Shown: piece after piece, positions 26,637 through 36,900 of the stretch
Layout: every line of letters begins with the position of its first letter
Position numbering within the stretch: the first letter of the stretch is position 1
Origin: an uncultured Flammeovirgaceae bacterium
Lineage (GTDB): Bacteria; Bacteroidota; Bacteroidia; Cytophagales; MED-G16
Direction: 5' to 3'
DNA length: 44,215 bases
Assembly: GCA_913046795.1 (NCBI GenBank)
Contig: CAJWTC010000004.1
Span: forward strand, 1 to 44,215
The notes under the pieces: model-generated
Database searches by the model: none
Told to the model about the DNA's origin: nothing
The model's input: the letters and a program-made list of their open reading frames with translations, nothing else
Program-made: the position numbers and the translations under genes

Positions 26637-27688
26637 TTTAATCCTAATATATTATTTATCTCATCTTGGTCGTTACCTGAATCAGCAAAGTCATCAAATT
26701 CCTTATCAGAAACTTTAATGATATGATCAGAAATAAATTTCGCACCTTCACTAGCACCTTGCACGTTACTTTTAATACAACATTCCCACTCTAATACTGC
26801 CCACCCATCATATCCATATTTAGTTAACTTTGAAAAAATAGATTTAAAATCTATCTGGCCATCCCCAAGAGAACGGAATCGCCCAGCTCTATCCTTCCAA
26901 TCTGCATAACCACCATAGACACCAGCTTTACCTGATGAGTTAAACTCAGCATCTTTAACATGGAACATTTTAATATATTCATGGTAGATATCTATATGAG
27001 AAAGATAGTCCAGCTGTTGTAAAATAAAATGACTTGGATCATAAAGCATCTTTACCCTTGGATGATTTTTAGTGTATTCTAGAAATTTTTCAAATGTTAA
27101 CCCATCATGTAAGTCTTCACCTGGATGAATTTCATAGCATAAGTCAACACCATTCGAATCAAACTCATTTAGAATAGGAATCCATCTCTTAGAAAGTTCA
27201 CTAAAACCAGTATGAACTAAACCATCTGGTCTCTGTGGCCAAGGATACATATATGGCCATAAAAGTGCACCAGAAAATGTAACATGGACTTTTATTCCTA
27301 AATTTTTAGAGGCTCTCGCAGCTAATTTTAATTGATTTTTTGCCCATTCTGTCCTCTTTTTTTGATTATTTCTAACTTCTTTTGGAGCAAACCCATCGAA
27401 CATTGAGTCATAAGCTGGGTTAACCGCAACTAATTGTCCCTGAAGATGAGTACTTAATTCAGTTATCTCAACTCCATAAGATTGAATTTTTTCCTTGTAT
27501 TCTTGAGCATAATCTTTACTATCAGCAACTTTTTCTAAGTCAATACATCTTGAATCCCAGGTAGGTATCTGGACTCCCTTATAGCCTAAATTTGAAACCC
27601 ATCTACAGACATTTTCCATATTATTGAATGGCTCTTTGTCATCCATGAATTGAGCTAAAAAAATTGCTGGTCCTTTTATTGTTTTCAT
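26633..27688 (-). CDS. Sugar phosphate isomerase/epimerase (xylose isomerase-like TIM barrel)
   Basis: Motifs KGPAIFLAQF, YEIHPGEDLHDG, YDPSHF, FHVKDAE and VLEWECC. Confidence 0.88.
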   Translation of the reverse strand: MKTIKGPAIFLAQFMDDKEPFNNMENVCRWVSNLGYKGVQIPTWDSRCIDLEKVADSKDYAQEYKEKIQSYGVEITELSTHLQGQLVAVNPAYDSMFDGFAPKEVRNNQKKRTEWAKNQLKLAARASKNLGIKVHVTFSGALLWPYMYPWPQRPDGLVHTGFSELSKRWIPILNEFDSNGVDLCYEIHPGEDLHDGLTFEKFLEYTKNHPRVKMLYDPSHFILQQLDYLSHIDIYHEYIKMFHVKDAEFNSSGKAGVYGGYADWKDRAGRFRSLGDGQIDFKSIFSKLTKYGYDGWAVLEWECCIKSNVQGASEGAKFISDHIIKVSDKEFDDFADSGNDQDEINNILGLN

Positions 27689-27690
27689 AA

Positions 27691-28839
27691 TTATATATTA
27701 ATCCACTTAGATTTTTCTGACGATTCAATAACTGCATCTATAAACTTCATACCTCTGTGCCCTTCATGCACAGTTGGGTAATCGTATATAGGATCACTTT
27801 GTTTTTTACCTCTGTAGCTTAAAACAGAGTAAGCAAAGTTTCTATAAATATTTGCAAATGCTTCAATAAAGCCTTCAGGATGACCAGATGGAGTCCTACA
27901 GTGAGCCAAAGCAAAATCAGAAAGGTATGAATTATCTACACCTGCTCTAAGTATCTGATTAGGTGAATTACTTAATTTCAAAATAAGAGTATTTGGATCT
28001 GAGTGTTTCCATTCAATTCCACCTCTTTCTCCCCAAACCCTTACTTTTAAATCATTTTCCTCACCAGAAGCAATTTGACTTGTCATTAAGTTACCTTCTA
28101 TATTATCCTCAAGAGATAATAAAACATTACCATCATCTTCAAGCATTCTCCCATCAACAAAGACATTAACTTTTGAAAATAACTTTATAATTTTCTTTCC
28201 AGTAACATACTCAACCATATTTGCAGCATGAGTACCAATGTCTCCCATGCTCCCAGCTTTTCCTGACTTACTTGGGTCTGTCCTCCATGAAGCCTGCTTA
28301 TTATCACCTTTTTCTAGCATTGTACTTAACCAACCCTGAGGGTATTCTACAGCAACTTTTCTTATCTTTCCAATCTTACCTTCTAATATTATACTTCTAG
28401 CTTCTTTAACCATTGGATATCCTGTGTAGGTATGAGTTACCGCAAAAGGGATACCAGATTCTTCAACTTTATCACATAATTTTTTAGCTTGATCAGAATC
28501 AAAAGTCATAGGTTTATCAATAATTACAGGTATTCCTTTATCTAGGGATTTAATTGCAGGGTCAAAATGAAGATGATTTGGAGTTACTATAGAAATAACA
28601 TCAATTCTATCTTCCTCTTCAAGGTTTGATTCATAATCTAGCATTTCATCATAACTTTTATAGACTCTGTTGCTGTCGAGATGAATTTTTTTTCCGGTTA
28701 ATTGTGAATTTTTAAAATCTGAACTGAACGAGCCAGCAGTAAGTTCATAACAGTTATCAAGAAGTGCAGCATTTCTATGAATTGCACCAATAAAAGATCC
28801 CTCTCCTCCTCCTATCATACCTAATTTTAATTTTTTCAT
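27691..28839 (-). CDS. Gfo/Idh/MocA-family oxidoreductase
   Basis: Motifs GMIGGGEGSFIG, IVTPNHLH, IDKP and GDIGTHA. ATG at 28839 preferred over 28857. Confidence 0.9.
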   Translation of the reverse strand: MKKLKLGMIGGGEGSFIGAIHRNAALLDNCYELTAGSFSSDFKNSQLTGKKIHLDSNRVYKSYDEMLDYESNLEEEDRIDVISIVTPNHLHFDPAIKSLDKGIPVIIDKPMTFDSDQAKKLCDKVEESGIPFAVTHTYTGYPMVKEARSIILEGKIGKIRKVAVEYPQGWLSTMLEKGDNKQASWRTDPSKSGKAGSMGDIGTHAANMVEYVTGKKIIKLFSKVNVFVDGRMLEDDGNVLLSLEDNIEGNLMTSQIASGEENDLKVRVWGERGGIEWKHSDPNTLILKLSNSPNQILRAGVDNSYLSDFALAHCRTPSGHPEGFIEAFANIYRNFAYSVLSYRGKKQSDPIYDYPTVHEGHRGMKFIDAVIESSEKSKWINI

Positions 28840-28866
28840 AAATATGAATTTACTCAATTAATTTAT

Positions 28867-30957
28867 TTAAAGAATAATAGAATCGTCAATTTTAGATTTA
28901 TCTATTTTATAAAATTCATCAAATACATTGAAAGGTTTCTTTTTATTTTTGATCTTATCATAGGTACCATCCTCTTTTAAGAAGTATGCATTACAGTTAT
29001 CTCTTAGGTTATGATTTAATATAGTTATTGCTTGTTTCTTAATAAAATCATCATTGATTTTAAAAAGTGACTCTATCCTTCTTTTAAAACTTCTAATCAT
29101 CACATCAGCACTTCCAGAATAAATAATTGGATCACCAGCGTTATGGAAGTAATATATTCTACTGTGTTCTAAATAGTCACCTATAATAGATATAACTCTT
29201 ATATTTTCACTAAGGTTTGATCTTTCAGGTCTCAAACAACATATACCTCTCACAATAAGACAAATATCTACACCAGAATTACTCGCCTCATACAATTTAT
29301 TAATTATAAGTTTATCCTGTAGTGAATTAATCTTAATACATATCTTACTTTCTTTTCCATCATTCCGGTTTAAAATTTCATTTTCTATAAGTTTTATTAT
29401 TTTGTCTCGCATATAAATTGGAGCTGTAATTAAATTTTCATAGTCATCAGGAATTGAATGTCCTGTAATTACATTAAAAAATTCCAAAGCATCCTTAGTA
29501 TATTTTTTTTTAGAAGTCATCAAACTCAAATCAGTATATAATTTTGATGTTGTTTCATTATAATTACCAGTTCCCAAATGAGCATAATTTTTTACTTTTT
29601 CTCCTTCTCTCCTGACAACCAGTAATAACTTTGTATGGGTCTTTAATGCTCCTATACCGTAAATTACATAACAACCAGCTTTCTCTAACTTATATCCATT
29701 CTTTAAATTGTTTTCTTCATCAAACCGTGCCTTTGCTTCAAACAATACTGATACATGCTTACCATTCTCAGATGCCTTTAAAAGTGCATCAATCACCCTA
29801 GAATTTTTTGCAGTTCGGTACAAAGTAATCTTTATAGATAAAACATTTGGATCTTCTGCAGCCTCAAATAAAAATTGAATTACAGGATCAAAAGAATTAT
29901 ATGGATGATGTAGAAAAATATCTTCATCTGATAAAATTTCAAAAATACTTTTATCAATATTTTTATCAATACCAAAAGGATCAATTGGTGATTTTCTAGT
30001 TGGAAGAAGTTCTGAAAACTCTTCAAAATCTATGATCTGATTAATACTTGTAAGGTCAATTAATGAATCTTTTTTTACAGTAAAAAAATTATTTTCGTCA
30101 ATATCAAGTATGTCTTTTAGTTTAGATTTTAAATAATCATCACTATCCTCCTCAATTTCAATTCTAACTACCCTGCTGAATTTTCTGTCCTTTAACTTCT
30201 GCTTAAGCTCCTCAAGAAAATTAGATTCAATATCTTCAGATTCCTCCAACGTAAAATCCCCATTTCTTATAATTCTGAATAGAGAAGTTGATTCAATTGT
30301 AACACTTCTGAAAAATTTTTTTATGTACTTATGAATGATTTTTTCAATAGGGATAAAAATGATTTTTTCTTCAATCTTATATTCGAAAAATCTAGGTAGA
30401 TTAACAGGGATCTGAATAAATGAAATCTTTTTCTTATCACTATTGTCAGATGATTTTGTGACAACTCCATAGATCAAGACTTTATTCATAAGTATAGGAA
30501 ATGAATGAAAATTATCATATACCATTGGAGTGAGCATTGGAAATATTGTCTTTTTAAAATATTTCTTTACTTTCTTTTTACCTTCCTCATCCAAGGAATC
30601 AATTTCTCCAAGATAGATAGAGTTTTCATTCATATCTGGGATAATATTTTTAACAAAAAAATTATTGAAATCTTTAAAAAAAAGTTGACTCTCGTTTAGC
30701 AAGTAATCTCTGAATGGTAACTCTCTTAATCCAGAATAATCTATTCTGTTTTTTTTGTTGTCAATATAATTATAAAGACTCCCCACTCTTATCTCAAAGA
30801 ATTCATCAAAATTTGAAGAGACGATTGACTGAAACTTTAACCTCTCAAGAATATTTTTGTTTTCATTTTTTACCTGATCAAGTACCCTGTAATTGAAATT
30901 TATCCAACTTAGATCTCTACTTATGAGATTACTCTCAAGTATTTTACTATTATCCAT
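28867..30957 (-). CDS. ppk1: Polyphosphate kinase 1
   Basis: Motifs RDLSWINFNYRVL, LHHPY, IKITLYR, KARFDEENN, KTHTK, HLGTGNYN and LEHSR. Confidence 0.96.
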   Translation of the reverse strand: MDNSKILESNLISRDLSWINFNYRVLDQVKNENKNILERLKFQSIVSSNFDEFFEIRVGSLYNYIDNKKNRIDYSGLRELPFRDYLLNESQLFFKDFNNFFVKNIIPDMNENSIYLGEIDSLDEEGKKKVKKYFKKTIFPMLTPMVYDNFHSFPILMNKVLIYGVVTKSSDNSDKKKISFIQIPVNLPRFFEYKIEEKIIFIPIEKIIHKYIKKFFRSVTIESTSLFRIIRNGDFTLEESEDIESNFLEELKQKLKDRKFSRVVRIEIEEDSDDYLKSKLKDILDIDENNFFTVKKDSLIDLTSINQIIDFEEFSELLPTRKSPIDPFGIDKNIDKSIFEILSDEDIFLHHPYNSFDPVIQFLFEAAEDPNVLSIKITLYRTAKNSRVIDALLKASENGKHVSVLFEAKARFDEENNLKNGYKLEKAGCYVIYGIGALKTHTKLLLVVRREGEKVKNYAHLGTGNYNETTSKLYTDLSLMTSKKKYTKDALEFFNVITGHSIPDDYENLITAPIYMRDKIIKLIENEILNRNDGKESKICIKINSLQDKLIINKLYEASNSGVDICLIVRGICCLRPERSNLSENIRVISIIGDYLEHSRIYYFHNAGDPIIYSGSADVMIRSFKRRIESLFKINDDFIKKQAITILNHNLRDNCNAYFLKEDGTYDKIKNKKKPFNVFDEFYKIDKSKIDDSIIL

Positions 30958-31883
30958 TAGAGATTATCTAGAACAGACATTACTTCTTTGACGTGCTTCC
31001 TTGATTCTTCAAGAAGTTTATGTTCATCTGGATCTAAATTTAACTCAATTACTTTCTCAATACCTTTAGAACCTAAAACAACAGGAACCCCTAGGTAACA
31101 ATCATCAATACCATATTCTCCCTCTAGTTTAATACAAACTGGAAAAATTCTTTTTTGGTCTTTAACAATTGCCTCAACCATTTGAGCAGCTGCAGATCCT
31201 GGTGCATACCAAGCAGAAGTACCCATCAACTTCACAAGTTCACCACCACCAAATTTAGTTCTTTCTATAATTTCATTAAGCCTTTCCTCAGCAATAAGCT
31301 CTGAAACAGGAATTCCAGAAACAGTTGTGTATCTAGGTAATGGAACCATAGTGTCACCATGTCCACCCAGTAATAGTGCTTGAATGTCTTTAGTGGAAAC
31401 ACCTAACTCTTCTGAAATAAAAGCTCTAAATCTAGCTGTATCAAGAATACCTGCCATACCCATTATTCTTTCCCTAGGAAACTTTGATGTGAGGTGAGCT
31501 TGATATGTCATCACATCAAGTGGATTTGATACTATAATTATTATACAGTCAGGAGAATATTTTATAATATTTTCAGTTACAGAAGTGACAATTTTTGCAT
31601 TTGTACCTATTAAATCATCTCTAGACATACCTGGTTTTCTTGGTAATCCGGAGGTTATAACTACAACATCTGAATTACTTGTCATAGAATAATCATTAGT
31701 AGAGCCAACTGTCTTTGTATCATACAAATTAATTGGTGCTTTCTGGAAGATATCTAAAGATTTACCCTCAGATAAACCATCTTTAATATCAACTAATACA
31801 ACTTCATTACATACTTCTCTGTAAGCAAGGACGTCAGCACATGTAGCACCAACATTTCCAGCTCCAACAACTGTTACCTTCAT
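30957..31883 (-). CDS. mdh: Malate dehydrogenase (LDH-like)
   Basis: Motifs GAGNVG, PRKPGMSRDDL, SNPLD, LDTARF and GGHGD. 1-nt TAATG overlap with ppk1. Confidence 0.96.
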   Translation of the reverse strand: MKVTVVGAGNVGATCADVLAYREVCNEVVLVDIKDGLSEGKSLDIFQKAPINLYDTKTVGSTNDYSMTSNSDVVVITSGLPRKPGMSRDDLIGTNAKIVTSVTENIIKYSPDCIIIIVSNPLDVMTYQAHLTSKFPRERIMGMAGILDTARFRAFISEELGVSTKDIQALLLGGHGDTMVPLPRYTTVSGIPVSELIAEERLNEIIERTKFGGGELVKLMGTSAWYAPGSAAAQMVEAIVKDQKRIFPVCIKLEGEYGIDDCYLGVPVVLGSKGIEKVIELNLDPDEHKLLEESRKHVKEVMSVLDNL

Positions 31884-31896
31884 ATTATTTTTTTAT

Positions 31897-31904
31897 CAAA
31901 ATTA
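31897..31904 (-). promoter_or_regulatory. -7 box for mdh
   Basis: TAATTTTG on the minus strand, 13 nt upstream of the ATG. Confidence 0.55.
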
Positions 31905-31934
31905 GATAAGATGTATAAAATCCTCATCAAAAAA

Positions 31935-33260
31935 TTAAATTATTTCAAAATTTATAATGTTTTTTGTATTTGAATTAATCTTGAATCGATCATTAATCTG
32001 TTGACCTACCAACCATATTATTTGATTATTACTATCCTCAATAACAATCTGCCTAAACTTTGATATATAACTCATTTTTACATCTGAAATGTAACTCGAT
32101 ACTTTTTTCTTTTTATTCATTCCTAGAGGATAGAATGAATCTCCTAATTTGTAATTTCTATATGTAATAGGAAATTTAATTTTATCATAATCCAGCTGTG
32201 CATTTTCTTTACTTTTACTAATAAAAAGTTTCCCCTTTTTATAAATATGAGACTTTATAGTATAATTATCTATATCTACATCTCTGACTTTATTTGTTAT
32301 GATATTTAATTTAAAATTATAATTAAATGGCTTTATAATTAAAGTATTTCTATCTGAAATTAATTCGTGAGTTGCCGAAATTAACTTCTTATTAGTTTCT
32401 TTTAATAGTGGGATAAATTTTTCAATCTGAGAAAATGAGAAACCGTATTTATTTAAAAACTCATAAAATAGTATCATTTTCTGACTACTATTATTAAAAA
32501 AAGAATTGTCAATTACAATGAACTCATCTTCATAGGATACAAAATCTCTCTCAAAATCAGATAAGTTAATCTCCAGGAGCTTATCTACTAATCTTAACCT
32601 CTTAAGAGAGGAAGAAATTGAATTGTTTAATGATGGATTTATCTCTTTAAGAATAGGAATAACATTTCTTCTTATCTTATTTCGAAAATATATTTCACTT
32701 AAATTCGAAGAGTCTTCACTCCAATCTAATCTATTATTTTTTGCATAACTTAATATCTCATCTTTACCAAAAGAAATAAGTGGCCTTAAAATTTTATTTT
32801 TTGATTCAGGTATACCAATAAAACCTCTTAAACCTGTTGTCCTTGTTAGATTAAGTAAAATTGTTTCTACGTTATCATCAGCATGATGGGCTGTTAGCAA
32901 ATAATCATATTTGTTATCAGACATCAACTCATTGAACCACTTATATCTCTTTTCTCTAGCAATCATTTGAAAAGAATTTCCATTATTTTTAGTAGGTGAT
33001 TTAATTATCTTAGAATAAAACTTAATATTATTTTTTTTACATATTGATCTAATCATTTCAATCTCTTGATCAGACTCCTTTCTTAATTTATAGTTACATG
33101 AGGCAACACTAAAATTTAATTTGCTTTTGTTCAAGAGATCATTTAAGACCATCGAGTCAACACCTCCACTTACAGCGCACAGGAATGATTTATTCTTAAT
33201 ATCAATTTTGTTGATGTTAAAAAATTTTAAAAATAAGATTTCATTCAACTCCAATTTCAT
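31935..33260 (-). CDS. tilS: tRNA(Ile)-lysidine synthetase
   Basis: PP-loop AVSGGVDS, TAHHADDNVET, RPL, EDSSN and RNKIR. Confidence 0.94.
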   Translation of the reverse strand: MKLELNEILFLKFFNINKIDIKNKSFLCAVSGGVDSMVLNDLLNKSKLNFSVASCNYKLRKESDQEIEMIRSICKKNNIKFYSKIIKSPTKNNGNSFQMIAREKRYKWFNELMSDNKYDYLLTAHHADDNVETILLNLTRTTGLRGFIGIPESKNKILRPLISFGKDEILSYAKNNRLDWSEDSSNLSEIYFRNKIRRNVIPILKEINPSLNNSISSSLKRLRLVDKLLEINLSDFERDFVSYEDEFIVIDNSFFNNSSQKMILFYEFLNKYGFSFSQIEKFIPLLKETNKKLISATHELISDRNTLIIKPFNYNFKLNIITNKVRDVDIDNYTIKSHIYKKGKLFISKSKENAQLDYDKIKFPITYRNYKLGDSFYPLGMNKKKKVSSYISDVKMSYISKFRQIVIEDSNNQIIWLVGQQINDRFKINSNTKNIINFEII

Positions 33261-33264
33261 ATTA

Positions 33265-33272
33265 CAAATTTA
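33265..33272 (-). promoter_or_regulatory. -7 box for tilS, 4 nt from the start codon
   Basis: The minus strand reads TAAATTTG-TAAT-ATG. Confidence 0.55.
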
Positions 33273-33323
33273 ATAATTGAATATTGCATTATAATAAAAC
33301 TATTATCTATCTATTTTTACATA

Positions 33324-34856
33324 ATGAAATTATATCAATTAATATTCTTATTAATTCTCTTATTTCCATTTGTTGTATCAGGACAAAAAAAAGAAAAAAT
33401 TAGATATGAGGCAGATGAACTAAAATTTAAAAGAGTAGATAAGGAACCTATTAGAAAACTTAAAAATAATGTGATATTTAGGCAAGGAGATACCGAGGTC
33501 AGATGTGATTCAGCAAATTTTTATAATAGAAGAAATATGTTGGAAGCTTTTGGAAATGTTAAAATTATAAATTCAGATTCATCAACAATTATATCAGAAA
33601 TTCTTATTTATGATGGTAACAATAAGATTGCAAAACTTAGAGGTAACGTGATATATATAAAAGGCAATGAGGAAATTCAAACAAATAAGCTGGATTATTA
33701 TATTGATGCTAAAAAAGGCCTTTATTTTGATGGAGGTAAATTAAAAGACGAGACAAATAACTTAGAAAGTGTTAATGGTGTATTTTTTGGAAATAAAAAC
33801 ATATCAACTTTTTCAAAAGATGTAGTGTTTAGGGGAGAAGATTATATTATGTATTCTGACTCCATGACATATAACACTGATACAAAAGAGGCAATAACAT
33901 ATGGATTTTCTGAGATAATTTCTGATGATAGTGTTAGAATTAAATCACTAGGGAGTTCATTTAATGAAATAAATTCAAATACAAAACTTTCATCTAGTAA
34001 AATTGAAACTAACGAATATATTCTAGAAGCAGATGAAATTTATTACAATGAAAATAAAATGATTTACGAAGCTTCTAATAACATAAGACTGAAGATTAAA
34101 GATTCAGATTATTATATTTTAGGAAATTCCGGAATATATGATAGAAATAAAAAAATAACTAAAATTTACGATAACCCATTACTAAAAAAACACATTGAGA
34201 AAGATACGTTTTACCTCTCATCAGATACTATCCTAGCATATGGAGATGATAATAGTATTAGCATCCTAAAAGCATTCAATAATGTTAAGTTTTACAGAAA
34301 CGAATTTACGGGAAAATCAGATTCGATGAAATTTGATTTAGAAGATTCCACTATTACAATGTTTAATGATCCTGTTGTATGGAGTGGTAAAAATCAAATA
34401 ACATCTGATACTATTAGCTTTACTTTAACTAATAATAATATTGAAGAAATGAATCTCGTTAAGAATTCATTTATAATCTCAGAAGATACTCTTAAAAATT
34501 TCAATCAAATTAAAGGAAGAGAAATGAGAGCATTATTTAATAAAAAGAATAATATTCAATCAATTAGTGTTAAAGGTAATGGAGAAACAATTTATTATGC
34601 ACTAGATGAAAACCTAGAAAATATGATTGGTTTAAATTATATAATATGCAGTGATCTAATTTTAAATTTTAAAGAAAATGAAATAAGTAATATTATTTTT
34701 TATAAAGAACCCCAAGCAAAGCTGATTCCACCCCATGAAATTTCTGAAGATGATAAGTTTATTGAATCTTTTAGTTGGAGAGAGGATGAGAAACCAACGT
34801 TAGAAGATGTAGTTTTTTATCTCAGAAAAAAGATATATTTGCGCAATGAGAAATAA
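33324..34856 (+). CDS. OstA-like (LptA/LptD N-terminal beta-jellyroll) protein
   Basis: Signal peptide and repeated beta-jellyroll motifs (CDSA, EAFGNVKI, DSM.Y, NQIKG). Confidence 0.82.
   Translation: MKLYQLIFLLILLFPFVVSGQKKEKIRYEADELKFKRVDKEPIRKLKNNVIFRQGDTEVRCDSANFYNRRNMLEAFGNVKIINSDSSTIISEILIYDGNNKIAKLRGNVIYIKGNEEIQTNKLDYYIDAKKGLYFDGGKLKDETNNLESVNGVFFGNKNISTFSKDVVFRGEDYIMYSDSMTYNTDTKEAITYGFSEIISDDSVRIKSLGSSFNEINSNTKLSSSKIETNEYILEADEIYYNENKMIYEASNNIRLKIKDSDYYILGNSGIYDRNKKITKIYDNPLLKKHIEKDTFYLSSDTILAYGDDNSISILKAFNNVKFYRNEFTGKSDSMKFDLEDSTITMFNDPVVWSGKNQITSDTISFTLTNNNIEEMNLVKNSFIISEDTLKNFNQIKGREMRALFNKKNNIQSISVKGNGETIYYALDENLENMIGLNYIICSDLILNFKENEISNIIFYKEPQAKLIPPHEISEDDKFIESFSWREDEKPTLEDVVFYLRKKIYLRNEK
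34834..34841 (+). promoter_or_regulatory. Internal -7 box for bamD, 4 nt from the start codon
   Basis: TATATTTG-CGCA-ATG lies inside the last codons of the OstA-like gene. Confidence 0.6.
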
Positions 34857-35655
34857 ATCATTAATAATAAAAATTACTTTAATTTTTATCCTATGCTCTT
34901 GTAGCGAATATAGAAAAGTCTTAAAATCTACAGGTTACCAAGAGAAACTTGACGCTGCTTTAGAATATTATGAAGAAGAAAAATTTTTTAAAGCAAGTAC
35001 TTTATTAAAAGATATCAAACCTCTTGTTAAAGGAAGTGAAGAATCTGAAATAGTTGACTTCTATTTTGCATATTCTCTCTACAAACTTGAGCAGTACGAA
35101 CTAAGTGCTAAATACTTTCAAGCATTTATCGAGCTCTTTTCTAGAAGTGAGAGAGTGATAGAGGCCGAATATTTATATGCTTTCTCTCTTTATAAAACCT
35201 CACCTAACTCAAATTTAGATCAGTCAACTACTGTACAAGCAATAACAGCTATTCAAAATTTTATTAATAAATATCCTTATAACGACTTTTCAAAAGATGC
35301 AAATAAAATAATTGATGAATTACAGGTTAAACTAGAAACCAAAAATTTTGAGAATGCCAAACAATATTATAAAACCAGAAATTATAAGTCTGCTATAATA
35401 GCTTTTGAAAATTTTAATAAAGATTTTCCCGATTCAAAATTCAATGATGAAGGTATGTACTTAAAAATCTTATCACAATACAATATAGCTGTAAACAGTT
35501 TTCAGAATTTACAAGAGGAAAGATTTAGAGAATTAATTGATTTATATCTAGATTTTATAGACAAATATCCAAATAGTTCGTTTAGAGTAGAAGCTGAAAG
35601 AATGTATGTTGAAAGTTTAAATATATTGACTAACTTTACATCACAAAAAATTTAA
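34846..35655 (+). CDS. bamD: Outer membrane protein assembly factor BamD
   Basis: Lipobox LCSC, TPR helices, LDQS.T..AI...Q.FINKYP and YKSAIIAFENF..DFPDS. Confidence 0.9.
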   Translation: MRNKSLIIKITLIFILCSCSEYRKVLKSTGYQEKLDAALEYYEEEKFFKASTLLKDIKPLVKGSEESEIVDFYFAYSLYKLEQYELSAKYFQAFIELFSRSERVIEAEYLYAFSLYKTSPNSNLDQSTTVQAITAIQNFINKYPYNDFSKDANKIIDELQVKLETKNFENAKQYYKTRNYKSAIIAFENFNKDFPDSKFNDEGMYLKILSQYNIAVNSFQNLQEERFRELIDLYLDFIDKYPNSSFRVEAERMYVESLNILTNFTSQKI

Positions 35656-35661
35656 AAAAAT

Positions 35662-35991
35662 ATGAAAATTAAATCAAAAATAACTCAATTGAACGTAGAC
35701 GAAATCGCTTCTAAAACTGGTAATATATACAAATCTGTAAGAGTTATTGGAAAAAGAGCTAGACAGCTTTCAGCGGTTCAGAAAGAAGAATTAAATGAAA
35801 AATTAGCTGAATTTGCTTCAGATGTTGATAATCTTGAAGAGGTTTTTGAGAATAGAGAACAAATTGAAATATCTAGATATTTTGAAAGACTTCCAAAATC
35901 TTCTACAGTTGCAGCTGAAGAGCTTGTGGATGATGAGTTGTTCTTTAGAAAACCTAGTGAAGAGGAAGAAGAAAGTTCAGAAATCAAATAA
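35662..35991 (+). CDS. rpoZ: RNA polymerase omega subunit (Bacteroidota type)
   Basis: Motifs TGNIY...IGKRARQ and LEEVFENREQIEISRYFERLPK; lies downstream of bamD. Confidence 0.9.
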   Translation: MKIKSKITQLNVDEIASKTGNIYKSVRVIGKRARQLSAVQKEELNEKLAEFASDVDNLEEVFENREQIEISRYFERLPKSSTVAAEELVDDELFFRKPSEEEEESSEIK

Positions 35992-36003
35992 TTTTCTTTT
36001 TTT

Positions 36004-36900
36004 ATGATAAGAGTTTATATTCTTCTACTCTTAATTTGCTTAACTCCGCTATATTCATATACCCAAGAATTAAATTCTAAAGTACTAGTTAATACTGAAA
36101 AGCTTCAATCATCTGAAAAACTTCTTTTTGAAGAAATGGAGAGCAGCATAGAACAGTTTCTTAATAATCAAATATGGACAGGTGATAAATTTAATACTCA
36201 AGAAAAGATTAACTGTAATTTTATAATAAATATTATTAACGAACCTTCCTCGAACCAATATGAAGCTACAGTGCAAATTCTATCGTCAAGACCTATTTAT
36301 AATTCATCATATGAGACAATTCTACTGAACCACGGAGATAGAGAGTGGATATTTGAATATTTCCCATCTCAAACTATAGAATTTGTCGAAAATGGCTTCA
36401 ATGATAACTTAACTTCACTGCTATCATTCTATGCATACATGATAATCGGAATTGATTATGATTCATTTGAGGAAAAGGGAGGAGAGGAAAGTTTTAAATT
36501 GGCATGGAAAATATTGAACACTTCCCAAAATTCTGGTTATAAAGGTTGGGATCAGTTTGGATCAAGAAAAAATAGATATTGGATTTGTGAGAATTTTCTT
36601 AATCCAGAATTTGAGAGAGTAAGAAAAGCAATATATAGTTACCACATAAAAGGAATGGATAAACTTTACCTTGACCCCATTGAATCAAGGTCAACTATTA
36701 TGGGAGATATAAATTCTCTAAATGATGTTAATAAAAAAAACTTTAACTCAGCAATAGTAAATCTATTTATTGACGCAAAAGCTGATGAATTAACTAAAAT
36801 TTTTAAAGGAGGAAGCTTAAATGAAAGAAGACAAGTTTTCAATTTACTAAGCGAAATTTCACCTTCAAATATTGACGTTTTCAATAAAATATTAGAATGA
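36004..36900 (+). CDS. porD: DUF4835 family protein (PorD-like, T9SS-associated)
   Basis: Signal peptide then QELN..V.VN, plus SSRPIYNSSY, FYAYMIIGIDYDSF, NRYW and FIDAKADE. Confidence 0.8.
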   Translation: MIRVYILLLLICLTPLYSYTQELNSKVLVNTEKLQSSEKLLFEEMESSIEQFLNNQIWTGDKFNTQEKINCNFIINIINEPSSNQYEATVQILSSRPIYNSSYETILLNHGDREWIFEYFPSQTIEFVENGFNDNLTSLLSFYAYMIIGIDYDSFEEKGGEESFKLAWKILNTSQNSGYKGWDQFGSRKNRYWICENFLNPEFERVRKAIYSYHIKGMDKLYLDPIESRSTIMGDINSLNDVNKKNFNSAIVNLFIDAKADELTKIFKGGSLNERRQVFNLLSEISPSNIDVFNKILE

